From contig JBBQRQ010000066.1 in NCBI GenBank assembly GCA_038214755.1, positions 1 through 28,240 on the forward strand: DNA of 28,240 bases. Direction: 5' to 3'. Each line of letters begins with the position of its first letter. The stretch's first letter is position 1. Shown here piece by piece: positions 1-7,560 of this stretch. The notes beneath the pieces were generated by a model that saw nothing but the letters and a program-made list of their open reading frames with translations, did no database searches and was not told the origin of the DNA. The position numbers and the translations under genes are program-made. Source of the stretch: Verrucomicrobiota bacterium (lineage in GTDB: Bacteria > Verrucomicrobiota > Verrucomicrobiia > Limisphaerales > CANJXF01).

Positions 1-2558
1 TTCGGTTCCTCAGCGATGGTTTCTTCCTGTGGAACAATCTCTTTTTCCGCAACCGGCATTTGGGCTTGAACAACCGGCGCGACTGGCTCAATCGCAATGA
101 TGGGAGAAATAGCCACGGCTTCGGGAAATGGCTTCGCGGCCTTCTTTGGTGGTGGCTCTGATTCCTCGTCAAGTATCGCAGCGATTTGCTCCGCTTCAAT
201 CTGCTTTCTCGGCACGGCATACTTTTCTCTCGAAGCAGTAATGACCCGGTTCCGAATTCCCGCAGCTTCCACTTCGTCGGGTTCGGACAAATAGGGAATA
301 GATAAATTGAAATCGTAATCAGCCCGTTCAACACGGCAAATGGCCTGGAAGTTGGGAATATTCTGAAGGTCTTTGCTGTCGAAAAATGAAAAGCCGTCTC
401 CAAGTTTTCTAGCATCATCATCGCCGACACGAAAGCAAATGCGGGTGTATGGATTTGCGAGAACGGCACTGGAAACTTCGGTGTCGCGCTGTAATTGTCG
501 CAACTCCTGATGCGCCAAAACCAAACCCAAACGATATTTCCGTGCACCATTTAGGATCTGCGCCATTGAGGGGGTAATGAAGTTATGAAATTCATCGCAA
601 TAGAGCCAAAAATCTTTTCGTGCTGACGCTGCCTGCGCCTGCCTGCTCATGGCTAACTGCTGAAATTTAGAAACCAGAAAGCTACCTAAGAGATAAGCAT
701 TTTCATTTCCTATTTGTCCCTGCGAAAGTTTTGCGAGGAAGATTTTCCGGCTGTCCATGATCTTCGCAAAATCCAACTTGTTTTCCTTCTGCGTCACCAT
801 GTAGCGGACTGGTTTCCGATCCAAGAAACCGCTCAGTCGCGTCAGCACCGGTCCAATGGATTTGTTGCCGGTGAGTTGAGGAAATGCTTTCTTCCAATAG
901 TAAAGCACCTGCGAGTCTTGGACGGTTTTGAGAAATTCATTTCGGAAAGCCGGTTCAATCAGAAACCGTTGCAAATCCGCCAGCGTCCCGCCTTTGTTGC
1001 TTTCGAGAAATGCCAGAATCGCATTATTTAACACGCTGCCCATTTGATCGCCCCATGAAGTCGAGAGCCGCTGGAACACAGAAACCAAGTCGGATGCCAA
1101 AAGATTTTTCTCAAGATCGGAATGGGCCGAAAGAATATTATAACCAACGGAATATTCTTCATCCGATGGGTCAACCAGAACTACATCGTCGATTCGATGT
1201 TCGGGAATGCAGCCCAAAATCTTGTCAATCAAATCACCGTGAGGATCGAACACGGCCAGTCCCTGACCGTTTTCGATGTCCTGCAAAATCATATTGAAAA
1301 GCAATGTCGATTTGCCCGTGCCGGAAGTGCCGATGATGTAGGTATGGCGGACACGTTGCTCAGGGTTGAGGCGAATTTCATTGGTGACGCCGGCATACGT
1401 ATTGGTTCCCAAAAGCAAGCCGCTTTGATTCAAAGCGATCTTCGGCGCGGCCTTGGTCTTCTGCAATTCACGTTTGAGCTTCGGCGCTCGGACAGATGAG
1501 GAAGGCAAATGAACGAGTGAAACCAATTCGTCGCTGTTTAAAATCATCCCGCTGCGCCGGGACTGTCGGCGGAGTAGATCCTCCTCGTGCTCGGCGAATT
1601 CATAGTCACTGTTTTCCAGGGGAATGAGTTCATTGCCGCTGGGACTTGAGAACACCGTGAGTGCCCCGGCAATGTTGCGGGCAATGTCGAGCATCCGATC
1701 ATCACTTTTGACCGCTATGCGAACAACGGCGGCGAAGAGTGGGCGGGAGATTTTCTTCTTCGTTTCACCTGAAAGTTCCGGTCGGTTAACGAAAAAATCT
1801 TTTCCGCTCCCGTCCGAGACGGAGCGCAAAATACTTTCATCCCACGGATGACGCACTAGCTCGAAAGTGACTTGGAAAAGTGCGAGTTCGTTTTGGCGAA
1901 GGTTTGAAAGTGCGGCGGTAAGTCCAATGAACGGGTCAACATTGAAATTGCGCACCGTCGCCAGTTGAAGCATGAACTCCTCGGCCAATCCGAATTCAAA
2001 AATGACGGCTTCCTGCGCTTCGGTCTGGTTCCATGTTTCTTCTAAAAAGGAATCCTGCCTGATACAGACCACTTCGGGGAAGTGGGCTTCAAGTTGGTCG
2101 CGGACTAGCTCAACATCCGCTTCTGCCGTGACCAATTGCGCGGTAATGCTCTCATGCCCTCCAATTAACTCGAACGAAATTGGCTCACGGCAGTTAGCCA
2201 GACTCAAAATGAATTGCTCAAAGACTTCTTTGGAAATCTGCGCCGTGGGCGGCAGAGAAATGTGTAACTCAACCAAGTCAGAGCGCTCCAACAAATCGGG
2301 TTCGCGTTCTTCCTCCTCCTCGGCAATCGGCTCCGGTTCCTTTTGATCTGCAAGCTTATTGCTGAGTTTCTCAATGAAGGAACTGAGAAAGGTTGGCCTG
2401 CGCCCATCATCAATGGCTGGTTGTGGGGTGATATAGTGACCGTAAAACGGGCGGAAGGGTGGCTCTGGTGAAACAGGGTGATCCCAAACCTGCCAACCCC
2501 GGCCACGCTCTTCCCATTGGTAAAACTGCTCGCTCAGTTTTTCTTCAATGAGGGACAT
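1..2558 (-). CDS. Type IV secretion coupling protein-like (VirD4/TraD/HerA superfamily) ATPase, 3' end truncated by window edge (>850 aa)
   Basis: Read manually in segments (not in ORF track): ATG at 2558 gives MSLIEEKLSEQFYQWEERGRGW. Same frame has Walker A IIGTSGTGKS (~1331-1308), DPHGDL and Walker B LYCDEFHNF, then ARKYRLGLVLAHQ and a Pro/Glu-rich tail running off the edge. Confidence 0.88.
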   Translation of the reverse strand, partial: MSLIEEKLSEQFYQWEERGRGWQVWDHPVSPEPPFRPFYGHYITPQPAIDDGRRPTFLSSFIEKLSNKLADQKEPEPIAEEEEEREPDLLERSDLVELHISLPPTAQISKEVFEQFILSLANCREPISFELIGGHESITAQLVTAEADVELVRDQLEAHFPEVVCIRQDSFLEETWNQTEAQEAVIFEFGLAEEFMLQLATVRNFNVDPFIGLTAALSNLRQNELALFQVTFELVRHPWDESILRSVSDGSGKDFFVNRPELSGETKKKISRPLFAAVVRIAVKSDDRMLDIARNIAGALTVFSSPSGNELIPLENSDYEFAEHEEDLLRRQSRRSGMILNSDELVSLVHLPSSSVRAPKLKRELQKTKAAPKIALNQSGLLLGTNTYAGVTNEIRLNPEQRVRHTYIIGTSGTGKSTLLFNMILQDIENGQGLAVFDPHGDLIDKILGCIPEHRIDDVVLVDPSDEEYSVGYNILSAHSDLEKNLLASDLVSVFQRLSTSWGDQMGSVLNNAILAFLESNKGGTLADLQRFLIEPAFRNEFLKTVQDSQVLYYWKKAFPQLTGNKSIGPVLTRLSGFLDRKPVRYMVTQKENKLDFAKIMDSRKIFLAKLSQGQIGNENAYLLGSFLVSKFQQLAMSRQAQAASARKDFWLYCDEFHNFITPSMAQILNGARKYRLGLVLAHQELRQLQRDTEVSSAVLANPYTRICFRVGDDDARKLGDGFSFFDSKDLQNIPNFQAICRVERADYDFNLSIPYLSEPDEVEAAGIRNRVITASREKYAVPRKQIEAEQIAAILDEESEPPPKKAAKPFPEAVAISPIIAIEPVAPVVQAQMPVAEKEIVPQEETIAEEP

Positions 2559-2563
2559 ATGAC

Positions 2564-3316
2564 TTACACCGTGGGCTTTGGAGTGTCGTTTCCACCGAGA
2601 TGTTTGGTGGTGGCCTGATACAAATCTCCACCGGGCGGCTTCCGCTCATATTGTTTGAGCAATTTGATGCCTTTAGCCGCCGTGACTTCTTCAACCAACG
2701 TTTCCGTAATGCTATTTACGGTGGAGAGATACATGAGCCGCGTGTCCTGGCGGTGATACGTTTCTTTGCGAAAAAATACTTCATAGAGCGGACCAATGAC
2801 GGGTGTTTTCAGCAAACTTGCATCAAGGTCTTTTAAGCCAAGCGCCACTGAGTTGCGCATGATGTAAATGCTTCCGATGACAAGAGCAAAGAATGCGAAC
2901 AATCCTAAAATGATTCCCAGGAATTTTATCAGGAGGCCAAACATAATCGCGCAACCGATTAGAAAAATTATTAACTCAAGTAGTTTAATACCTAAAGGAA
3001 GTTCAACGAATCGGAATGAAAAGAAATAGCTCGTGCCGAACGGCGCGGCGCAAATATCGAAGACAAGACGTTCACGTTTCAATCGAAGATATTCGCGCTT
3101 ATCTGATAGCAAACCACCTTCACTCAAATTGACACGGGACAATTCCAAACCGGGAACTTTCCGCGCCTGCAACTCCTTTTCAATGGCCTGGTAAAAGTCG
3201 TTACTGGCGTAGTCGAAATTGTCCAATGGAACATACCAGTGTTTGTGAACCTCATCCTTGGGAGAGAAAAACCTTTTCCAGAGGGGGATTCCGTTTGGCA
3301 TATATTCAAGAGTCAC
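2564..3316 (-). CDS. Hypothetical membrane protein (two central TM helices), upstream partner of the ATPase
   Basis: 250-aa ORF (alternative ATG at 3301) with hydrophobic stretch LLELIIFLIGCAIMFGLLIKFLGIILGLFAFFALVIGSIYI; stop is 5 nt before the ATPase ATG. Confidence 0.8.
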   Translation of the reverse strand: MTLEYMPNGIPLWKRFFSPKDEVHKHWYVPLDNFDYASNDFYQAIEKELQARKVPGLELSRVNLSEGGLLSDKREYLRLKRERLVFDICAAPFGTSYFFSFRFVELPLGIKLLELIIFLIGCAIMFGLLIKFLGIILGLFAFFALVIGSIYIMRNSVALGLKDLDASLLKTPVIGPLYEVFFRKETYHRQDTRLMYLSTVNSITETLVEEVTAAKGIKLLKQYERKPPGGDLYQATTKHLGGNDTPKPTV

Positions 3317-3459
3317 TTCCGACTTGTGTGTAACTCGTAATTTGCTTAAGCTAACGCCTGATTTTCTGTAAGAAGGAGCCTGTTCCTGCTCTTGCGGTAT
3401 TCTTCATCGGTTGGTTCATACGTTTTCAAAACTGAGGCAACGTGCGGCTAATTCATAAA

Positions 3460-3488
3460 ATGATAAGAGCCAAGCTCTCATTCGACAA
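3460..3488 (-). promoter_or_regulatory. Candidate sigma70 promoter for the membrane protein/ATPase operon
   Basis: Minus strand TTGTCG-N17-TATCAT; the spacer contains the dyad AGAGC-caa-GCTCT (3466-3478). Confidence 0.35.
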
Positions 3489-3563
3489 TATTTAGCCCAA
3501 CCAGTCAAATATCTGACATCTGCTAAAAACAACTCCAATTGGACAATCTGGATTAATGGTGAC

Positions 3564-5129
3564 TTACTGCACTAAATGGTCGGGCCTTAGAATCCAATTA
3601 GTTCCGTCATACATCCAACTATGGAAATTTATACCTTGCGGTTCACCGATTTTAGTAAATTTATAACCTTCAGCCAAAAAGCAACCTGCTATTGATGCAG
3701 GTTTTTCGCTGAGTTGCTTTTTAATGACATCGACTGCTTGAAAAATGTCTTTGCGATTTGGCCTTGTTTTTTTCCCAAATGCGGCCTTTAAAATTTCATG
3801 CGTCAAAACTCCAGAATCATGACCGACCATAGTAAAGCTTGGTCGCTCAAATCTGCCGTGAACATTTTCATGTTGAGACGATGGGTTACCTTGGGGAAAA
3901 AAGCCTATGATTCCTTTCAAATCTTCGCGTTGCGCATAACTTGAGATTGCCTTTTCGACACTACCATCTGAAAGCAGAATGATAGGATTCCAGTTGTTTG
4001 AAAAACTTTGACTGTAAAGACGAATTTGACGAACAAGGGGAATTCCCGTTTCCAACATACCCATAAAAACAACATAGTCCGGTTTAAACCGAGCAAAGGA
4101 TGTTACGTAGTCGGAAGAGCCACCAGGACCAATTGACCCGTCAGAAACAACTGTTACTTTTTTTAACACTGTTCTTTCTCTGAGAGCCGTCGCTAAATCT
4201 GAACTGTAGGTATTATTGCGGAGATCTCTTAGAATTGACAATGTAACGAAGTTTGTGCCTCCGTTATTTTTGGGATTTCCTACAATTTCGTTAGCGATCA
4301 ATTCCACTTGTTCGGTGTTTGACGGCACAAGTCGCAGAATCGGCTTTTGTCCGTCTTTGTTGTATTTTTCCAAGAGCTTTGACGCTGTCGCCATAGGCAA
4401 AATCAACACTGGTAACGAAGTGTCCCCGGATAGCCGCTTCTCGTTCATTATCTGAAGTGCGATTTCCGCTTTGGTGGAAGTGACAAATCCAATAATAGCT
4501 AATACGTCATTGTCGTTAATAAGTTTTCGTATTACGCCTTTGGTTTCTTCATTGTCGGTCGCTTCATCCTTCTCAAGAATCTTAATCCGCTCTTTCTTTT
4601 CATTGGGGAGTGGCAGTTCGAAATATCCAATGACATCGGGCTCAGATGGCTGCCAACTACCTAAGGAACAACATTTCCCATTCTCTTGCAAAACCATCTC
4701 GAAGCCTGCTTTAAATGACTTCCAATGTGGCGAGTCTTGTGAGTCCTTGGGGCCAATTAAGACTACCTTGTAATCATGTTTTCGACTAATCGAACCTATC
4801 CAAGCACTCAAGCTAGTTGACGTGTTGCTGGCCATTACGCCGAAAACACCTGCTCCCAGAATTACTACCCAGCCAGAATTCATCTGCTCTTTATCAAAAA
4901 ATTTCGTGTAACGGACCAAAAAAATTAGTGAAATGATCCATACCACTGGGAATAATATCCGAGCATACTTTTCCATCCATGGAACCCCTTCCCAAAGGCT
5001 ACTTGCATTGCCGAGTAGTGAAACCACAAAAGTAACGAACAGTAACCCCAGAAGCTTGAGAATGCTTAAAACGCTGATTTGCGGCTTTCTGGCTCCAGTC
5101 GAAGCAATAGGTTTTTCCTCTGGTTGCAT
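3564..5129 (-). CDS. Membrane-anchored periplasmic/solute-binding protein (LivJ/type I PBP-like fold) with ~3 N-terminal TM helices
   Basis: 521 aa; hydrophobic N-terminal ~105 aa, then DVLAIIGFVTS, ILPMATAS, ILRLVPSNTEQ, KPDYVVFMG, resembling Leu/Ile/Val-binding-type PBP motifs. Confidence 0.7.
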   Translation of the reverse strand: MQPEEKPIASTGARKPQISVLSILKLLGLLFVTFVVSLLGNASSLWEGVPWMEKYARILFPVVWIISLIFLVRYTKFFDKEQMNSGWVVILGAGVFGVMASNTSTSLSAWIGSISRKHDYKVVLIGPKDSQDSPHWKSFKAGFEMVLQENGKCCSLGSWQPSEPDVIGYFELPLPNEKKERIKILEKDEATDNEETKGVIRKLINDNDVLAIIGFVTSTKAEIALQIMNEKRLSGDTSLPVLILPMATASKLLEKYNKDGQKPILRLVPSNTEQVELIANEIVGNPKNNGGTNFVTLSILRDLRNNTYSSDLATALRERTVLKKVTVVSDGSIGPGGSSDYVTSFARFKPDYVVFMGMLETGIPLVRQIRLYSQSFSNNWNPIILLSDGSVEKAISSYAQREDLKGIIGFFPQGNPSSQHENVHGRFERPSFTMVGHDSGVLTHEILKAAFGKKTRPNRKDIFQAVDVIKKQLSEKPASIAGCFLAEGYKFTKIGEPQGINFHSWMYDGTNWILRPDHLVQ

Positions 5130-5158
5130 GGGGTAAGACGATAAAAGAGACGTAAAAA

Positions 5159-5320
5159 CTATTTCGCCTTTGTCAATCTGGTTGATTGGTTGCTCAACGT
5201 TTTAGACACGGCACCCATCCGAAATTTACGTTCGCTTGGATGCGAGTTTATCCCCGCCACTGATTCGGTGCCGACCCGTTCCCTGGTGCCAATCCAGCTT
5301 TTTTTATTGTTTGTTTTCAT
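5159..5320 (-). CDS. Small basic 53-aa peptide, possible radical SAM substrate/precursor
   Basis: ATG at 5320, 7 nt after the radical SAM stop; ends 29 nt before the next gene. MKTNNKKSWIGTRERVGTESVAGINSHPSERKFRMGAVSKTLSNQSTRLTKAK. Confidence 0.5.
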   Translation of the reverse strand: MKTNNKKSWIGTRERVGTESVAGINSHPSERKFRMGAVSKTLSNQSTRLTKAK

Positions 5321-5327
5321 ATTAGCG

Positions 5328-6839
5328 CTAAGTATTGACTGCAATAAATCCTATCTTTTTGCAAAGGATTTCCTCACACAATTCACGAGACCTAATTTTA
5401 AACCTTACGGCGTCAACAAATAATTCTCGTGAAACTGCCTTGGATATTTCTTCAAAAAAACAGGTTATTCCTTTGTGGCCACCTTCAAGTAAATCGTTCA
5501 ATTCATACGGATACAACGAAATCAGATTTTGGGCCAAATTAATCAGCATAAGACGGTTCTTATAAAATTCCGAATCCATCACAGGATTTACATGAAAGGG
5601 AAACAATTGGGGAAATTGCATCGCAAGCGGGTTATTAATCACGACCTCTGGACAATCGAACATCAATCGAATTCTAAAATCATTGTCGATAAACTCTACG
5701 CCTTCGCTTTTTTCTCGGCTAAGTTTTGTTTGTGGATATTTTGTTAAGATATGAAAGCTTAATTCTGCGCCTTCAAGCCTCAGTTTAGTTGCCCAGCGAA
5801 AAGTTTCCTCCAATTCCTCTTGGGGCCAAAAAGCGTCGATTATGAACGAGCACGTTGGTGTCACTTTCTTTGCGACGAGACTTCGGATTTTTTCCAAGCA
5901 GGCGGCTTGGCTTTTTGCAAAAAATTTACCCAATGCCTTTTTCTGAAGAGAGGTGACAGCGTCAATTCCGATATATGCAGAGTTACAACGTGCCCGCGAA
6001 AGCAAGGTTGGAATTTCTGCGTGAATATCTGGTAAGGATGCGTAACAGTTCCAAGTGGGCAAATCGCGTATTTCTGCGAGCCGAGTGCATATGTCCGCAG
6101 TCCGGTGACGATCATTTAGGAAATTATCGTCGACAACAAAAAGGTGTTTTGCTCCGACTTTACGAGCTATTTCGAAATCCGAGATAATAGTCTCCATCGG
6201 AAATTCAAGGCGTTGCGTCCAATGAGCGGGGCTGTAGCAAAAACTGCACTTATACTTGCATCCTCTAGCAGTCTCAAAATTAAGGACCTTTCGTTCATTC
6301 AAAATAAAATAATCAGAAAGATTGATCGTTGCATATGCATCCCATGGATGAGTTAGAATAGTTGGAGAACCATGATCGAATAAAAGACGAGCAGTGGGAT
6401 TTTTGCCTGAATGTAGCACACGAACTAGATCGGAAAATGTTCTTTCGCCTTGTCCCGAAATTACGAAATCTACGAACGGAAAATTTCGAAATAAATCTTC
6501 AGCAATTGCACCCAAGTGCGCTCCACCGAAAACTGTAATTACATGCGGATCTTTTTGTTTTATATTAGCCGCCAACCTTAAGCTTACGTGGGAGTTTATT
6601 CCCATTGATGTGAAACCAACGATCTTGGGCTTGCGGCAGGAAATTCGTGCAGTCGCATATTCATAGAAATCCTCTCCATCAGGCATCTCGCCCGAACATG
6701 AATCTAAGTTGAAATCCAGAACTTCTACTGAAACAGAGTCGTTCAACATCGATTGACTCAATCGCAAAAGGCCCAACGGAGGAGCTAAATCATCAAGGTC
6801 GAATCTGTGATTCGGTGGGTTAACTAATACCACATGCAT
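5328..6839 (-). CDS. Cobalamin-dependent (class B) radical SAM protein
   Basis: N-terminal B12-binding domain (VLVNPP...PPLGL...VGFTSM...FGGAH...GQGE) and ETARGCKYKCSFC (CxxxCxxC) with VDDNF. Confidence 0.92.
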   Translation of the reverse strand: MHVVLVNPPNHRFDLDDLAPPLGLLRLSQSMLNDSVSVEVLDFNLDSCSGEMPDGEDFYEYATARISCRKPKIVGFTSMGINSHVSLRLAANIKQKDPHVITVFGGAHLGAIAEDLFRNFPFVDFVISGQGERTFSDLVRVLHSGKNPTARLLFDHGSPTILTHPWDAYATINLSDYFILNERKVLNFETARGCKYKCSFCYSPAHWTQRLEFPMETIISDFEIARKVGAKHLFVVDDNFLNDRHRTADICTRLAEIRDLPTWNCYASLPDIHAEIPTLLSRARCNSAYIGIDAVTSLQKKALGKFFAKSQAACLEKIRSLVAKKVTPTCSFIIDAFWPQEELEETFRWATKLRLEGAELSFHILTKYPQTKLSREKSEGVEFIDNDFRIRLMFDCPEVVINNPLAMQFPQLFPFHVNPVMDSEFYKNRLMLINLAQNLISLYPYELNDLLEGGHKGITCFFEEISKAVSRELFVDAVRFKIRSRELCEEILCKKIGFIAVNT

Positions 6840-6931
6840 AATTCATCAAGTGTTCAACCGTAACCTTCAACCCATCATGCAGCAATCGTCTTTGAGGTAA
6901 ATTTTTTAAACTGCAATCTCATTAAACGCGT

Positions 6932-6959
6932 AAAGGGATTACTTTTGCAAGTAATCCCT
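6932..6959 (-). terminator. Strong hairpin after the small TM-peptide ORF (terminator-like)
   Basis: Perfect 11-bp stem AGGGATTACTT/AAGTAATCCCT (6934-6959) with a GCAA (GNRA) loop on the minus strand; only a short U-tract. Confidence 0.5.
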
Positions 6960-6970
6960 GAGGGTGCTAC

Positions 6971-7081
6971 TCAAAAATCCATCTGATACAAAAGATTTTT
7001 GATCAGAAAGACAATAAGCACTAATAATAGAACGCATACCGTAATTTTTTTGCGGTATTGTATCGGAATATCGCGAAACAT
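6971..7081 (-). CDS. 36-aa single-TM peptide, type I toxin-like
   Basis: Not in ORF track. TAAGGA-5nt-ATG; MFRDIPIQYRKKITVCVLLLVLIVFLIKNLLYQMDF*, a basic patch RKK followed by a hydrophobic helix. Confidence 0.65.
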   Translation of the reverse strand: MFRDIPIQYRKKITVCVLLLVLIVFLIKNLLYQMDF

Positions 7082-7174
7082 AGGATTCCTTAGTTAATTG
7101 TTGCAGCCGACAACCCATGTGCGAAGCACCCGGCCCTCTCGGCTGCAACCTAAACAATCCCAGATATCCGATAC
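7060..7174 (-). promoter_or_regulatory. 115-nt 5' hairpin sequestering the SD and start of the 36-aa ORF
   Basis: Nested stems on the minus strand: GTATCGGA-TATC/GATA-t-TCCGATAC; TGGGATTgTTTAG/CTAAGgAATCCTA (covers the SD); GTTGCAGCCGA/TCGGCTGCAAC; apical GTGC-TTC-GCAC. G-U wobbles favour the minus strand. Confidence 0.65.
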
Positions 7175-7180
7175 GCGCTC

Positions 7181-7209
7181 ATTATGGGTGATAGCAGTAA
7201 ATTTGTCAA
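7181..7209 (-). promoter_or_regulatory. Sigma70 promoter
   Basis: TTGACA (7209-7204)-N17-CATAAT (7186-7181); predicted +1 ~7174 coincides with the first base of the long hairpin. Confidence 0.75.
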
Positions 7210-7301
7210 CGCAAGAGATTATTTATTAAGTAGTTAGGTGATTCGCATAATTTGATACGCATTTACATTTGCAACCTCTTTCATGTGTCTTTTCGCCAAT
7301 G

Positions 7302-7332
7302 AAAAAGCCCCTCCGTCTTATCGGTGGGGCTT
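7302..7332 (-). terminator. Intrinsic terminator
   Basis: Minus strand AAGCCCC-ACCG-ataaga-CGGA-GGGGC-TTTTT, downstream of ardC. Confidence 0.7.
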
Positions 7333-7344
7333 GGATCTGTTTTT

Positions 7345-7496
7345 AATCCCAAGTTGACAGCCTTTCCTTCTTACTCGCCCTTACGGGCGACAATGTTCAC
7401 CCTAAATCTTGAAACATATGGAATACATCACTCGTAAAGTTGACCGAGTTTCAGTAAGCAATTAATGCTTGGGATTTCCAATAACGACTTGGTCAA
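7345..7496. ncRNA. Candidate structured RNA/ssDNA element between ardC and its terminator
   Basis: Closing stem AATCCCAAG/CTTGGGATT (7345-7353/7468-7476) encloses CTTAC/GTAAG and three hairpins, including TCGCCC-ttac-GGGCGA; no long ORF. Confidence 0.35.
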
Positions 7497-7560
7497 GAGC
7501 TTCGATTCTCAGAAGTTGTCCAGCCCAATAACTTTTACATCTACTTCTGTGGGGTGCCGT

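Noticed and set aside
97..2506. Many short ORFs in the track over 97-2506
   Set aside because: Shadows of the long minus-strand ATPase frame starting at 2558.
6939..7157. 72-aa minus-strand ORF in the track
   Set aside because: TTG start without SD and no recognisable features; the overlapping 36-aa frame has a strong SD and a TM helix.
6840..7174. Cobalamin or SAM riboswitch upstream of the B12-radical SAM gene; also SRP RNA or integron attC
   Set aside because: No B12-box or SAM-I core motifs, no SRP GGAA/AGCAG domain, and GTT/AAC ends are in the wrong order for attC. An Rfam scan would settle it.
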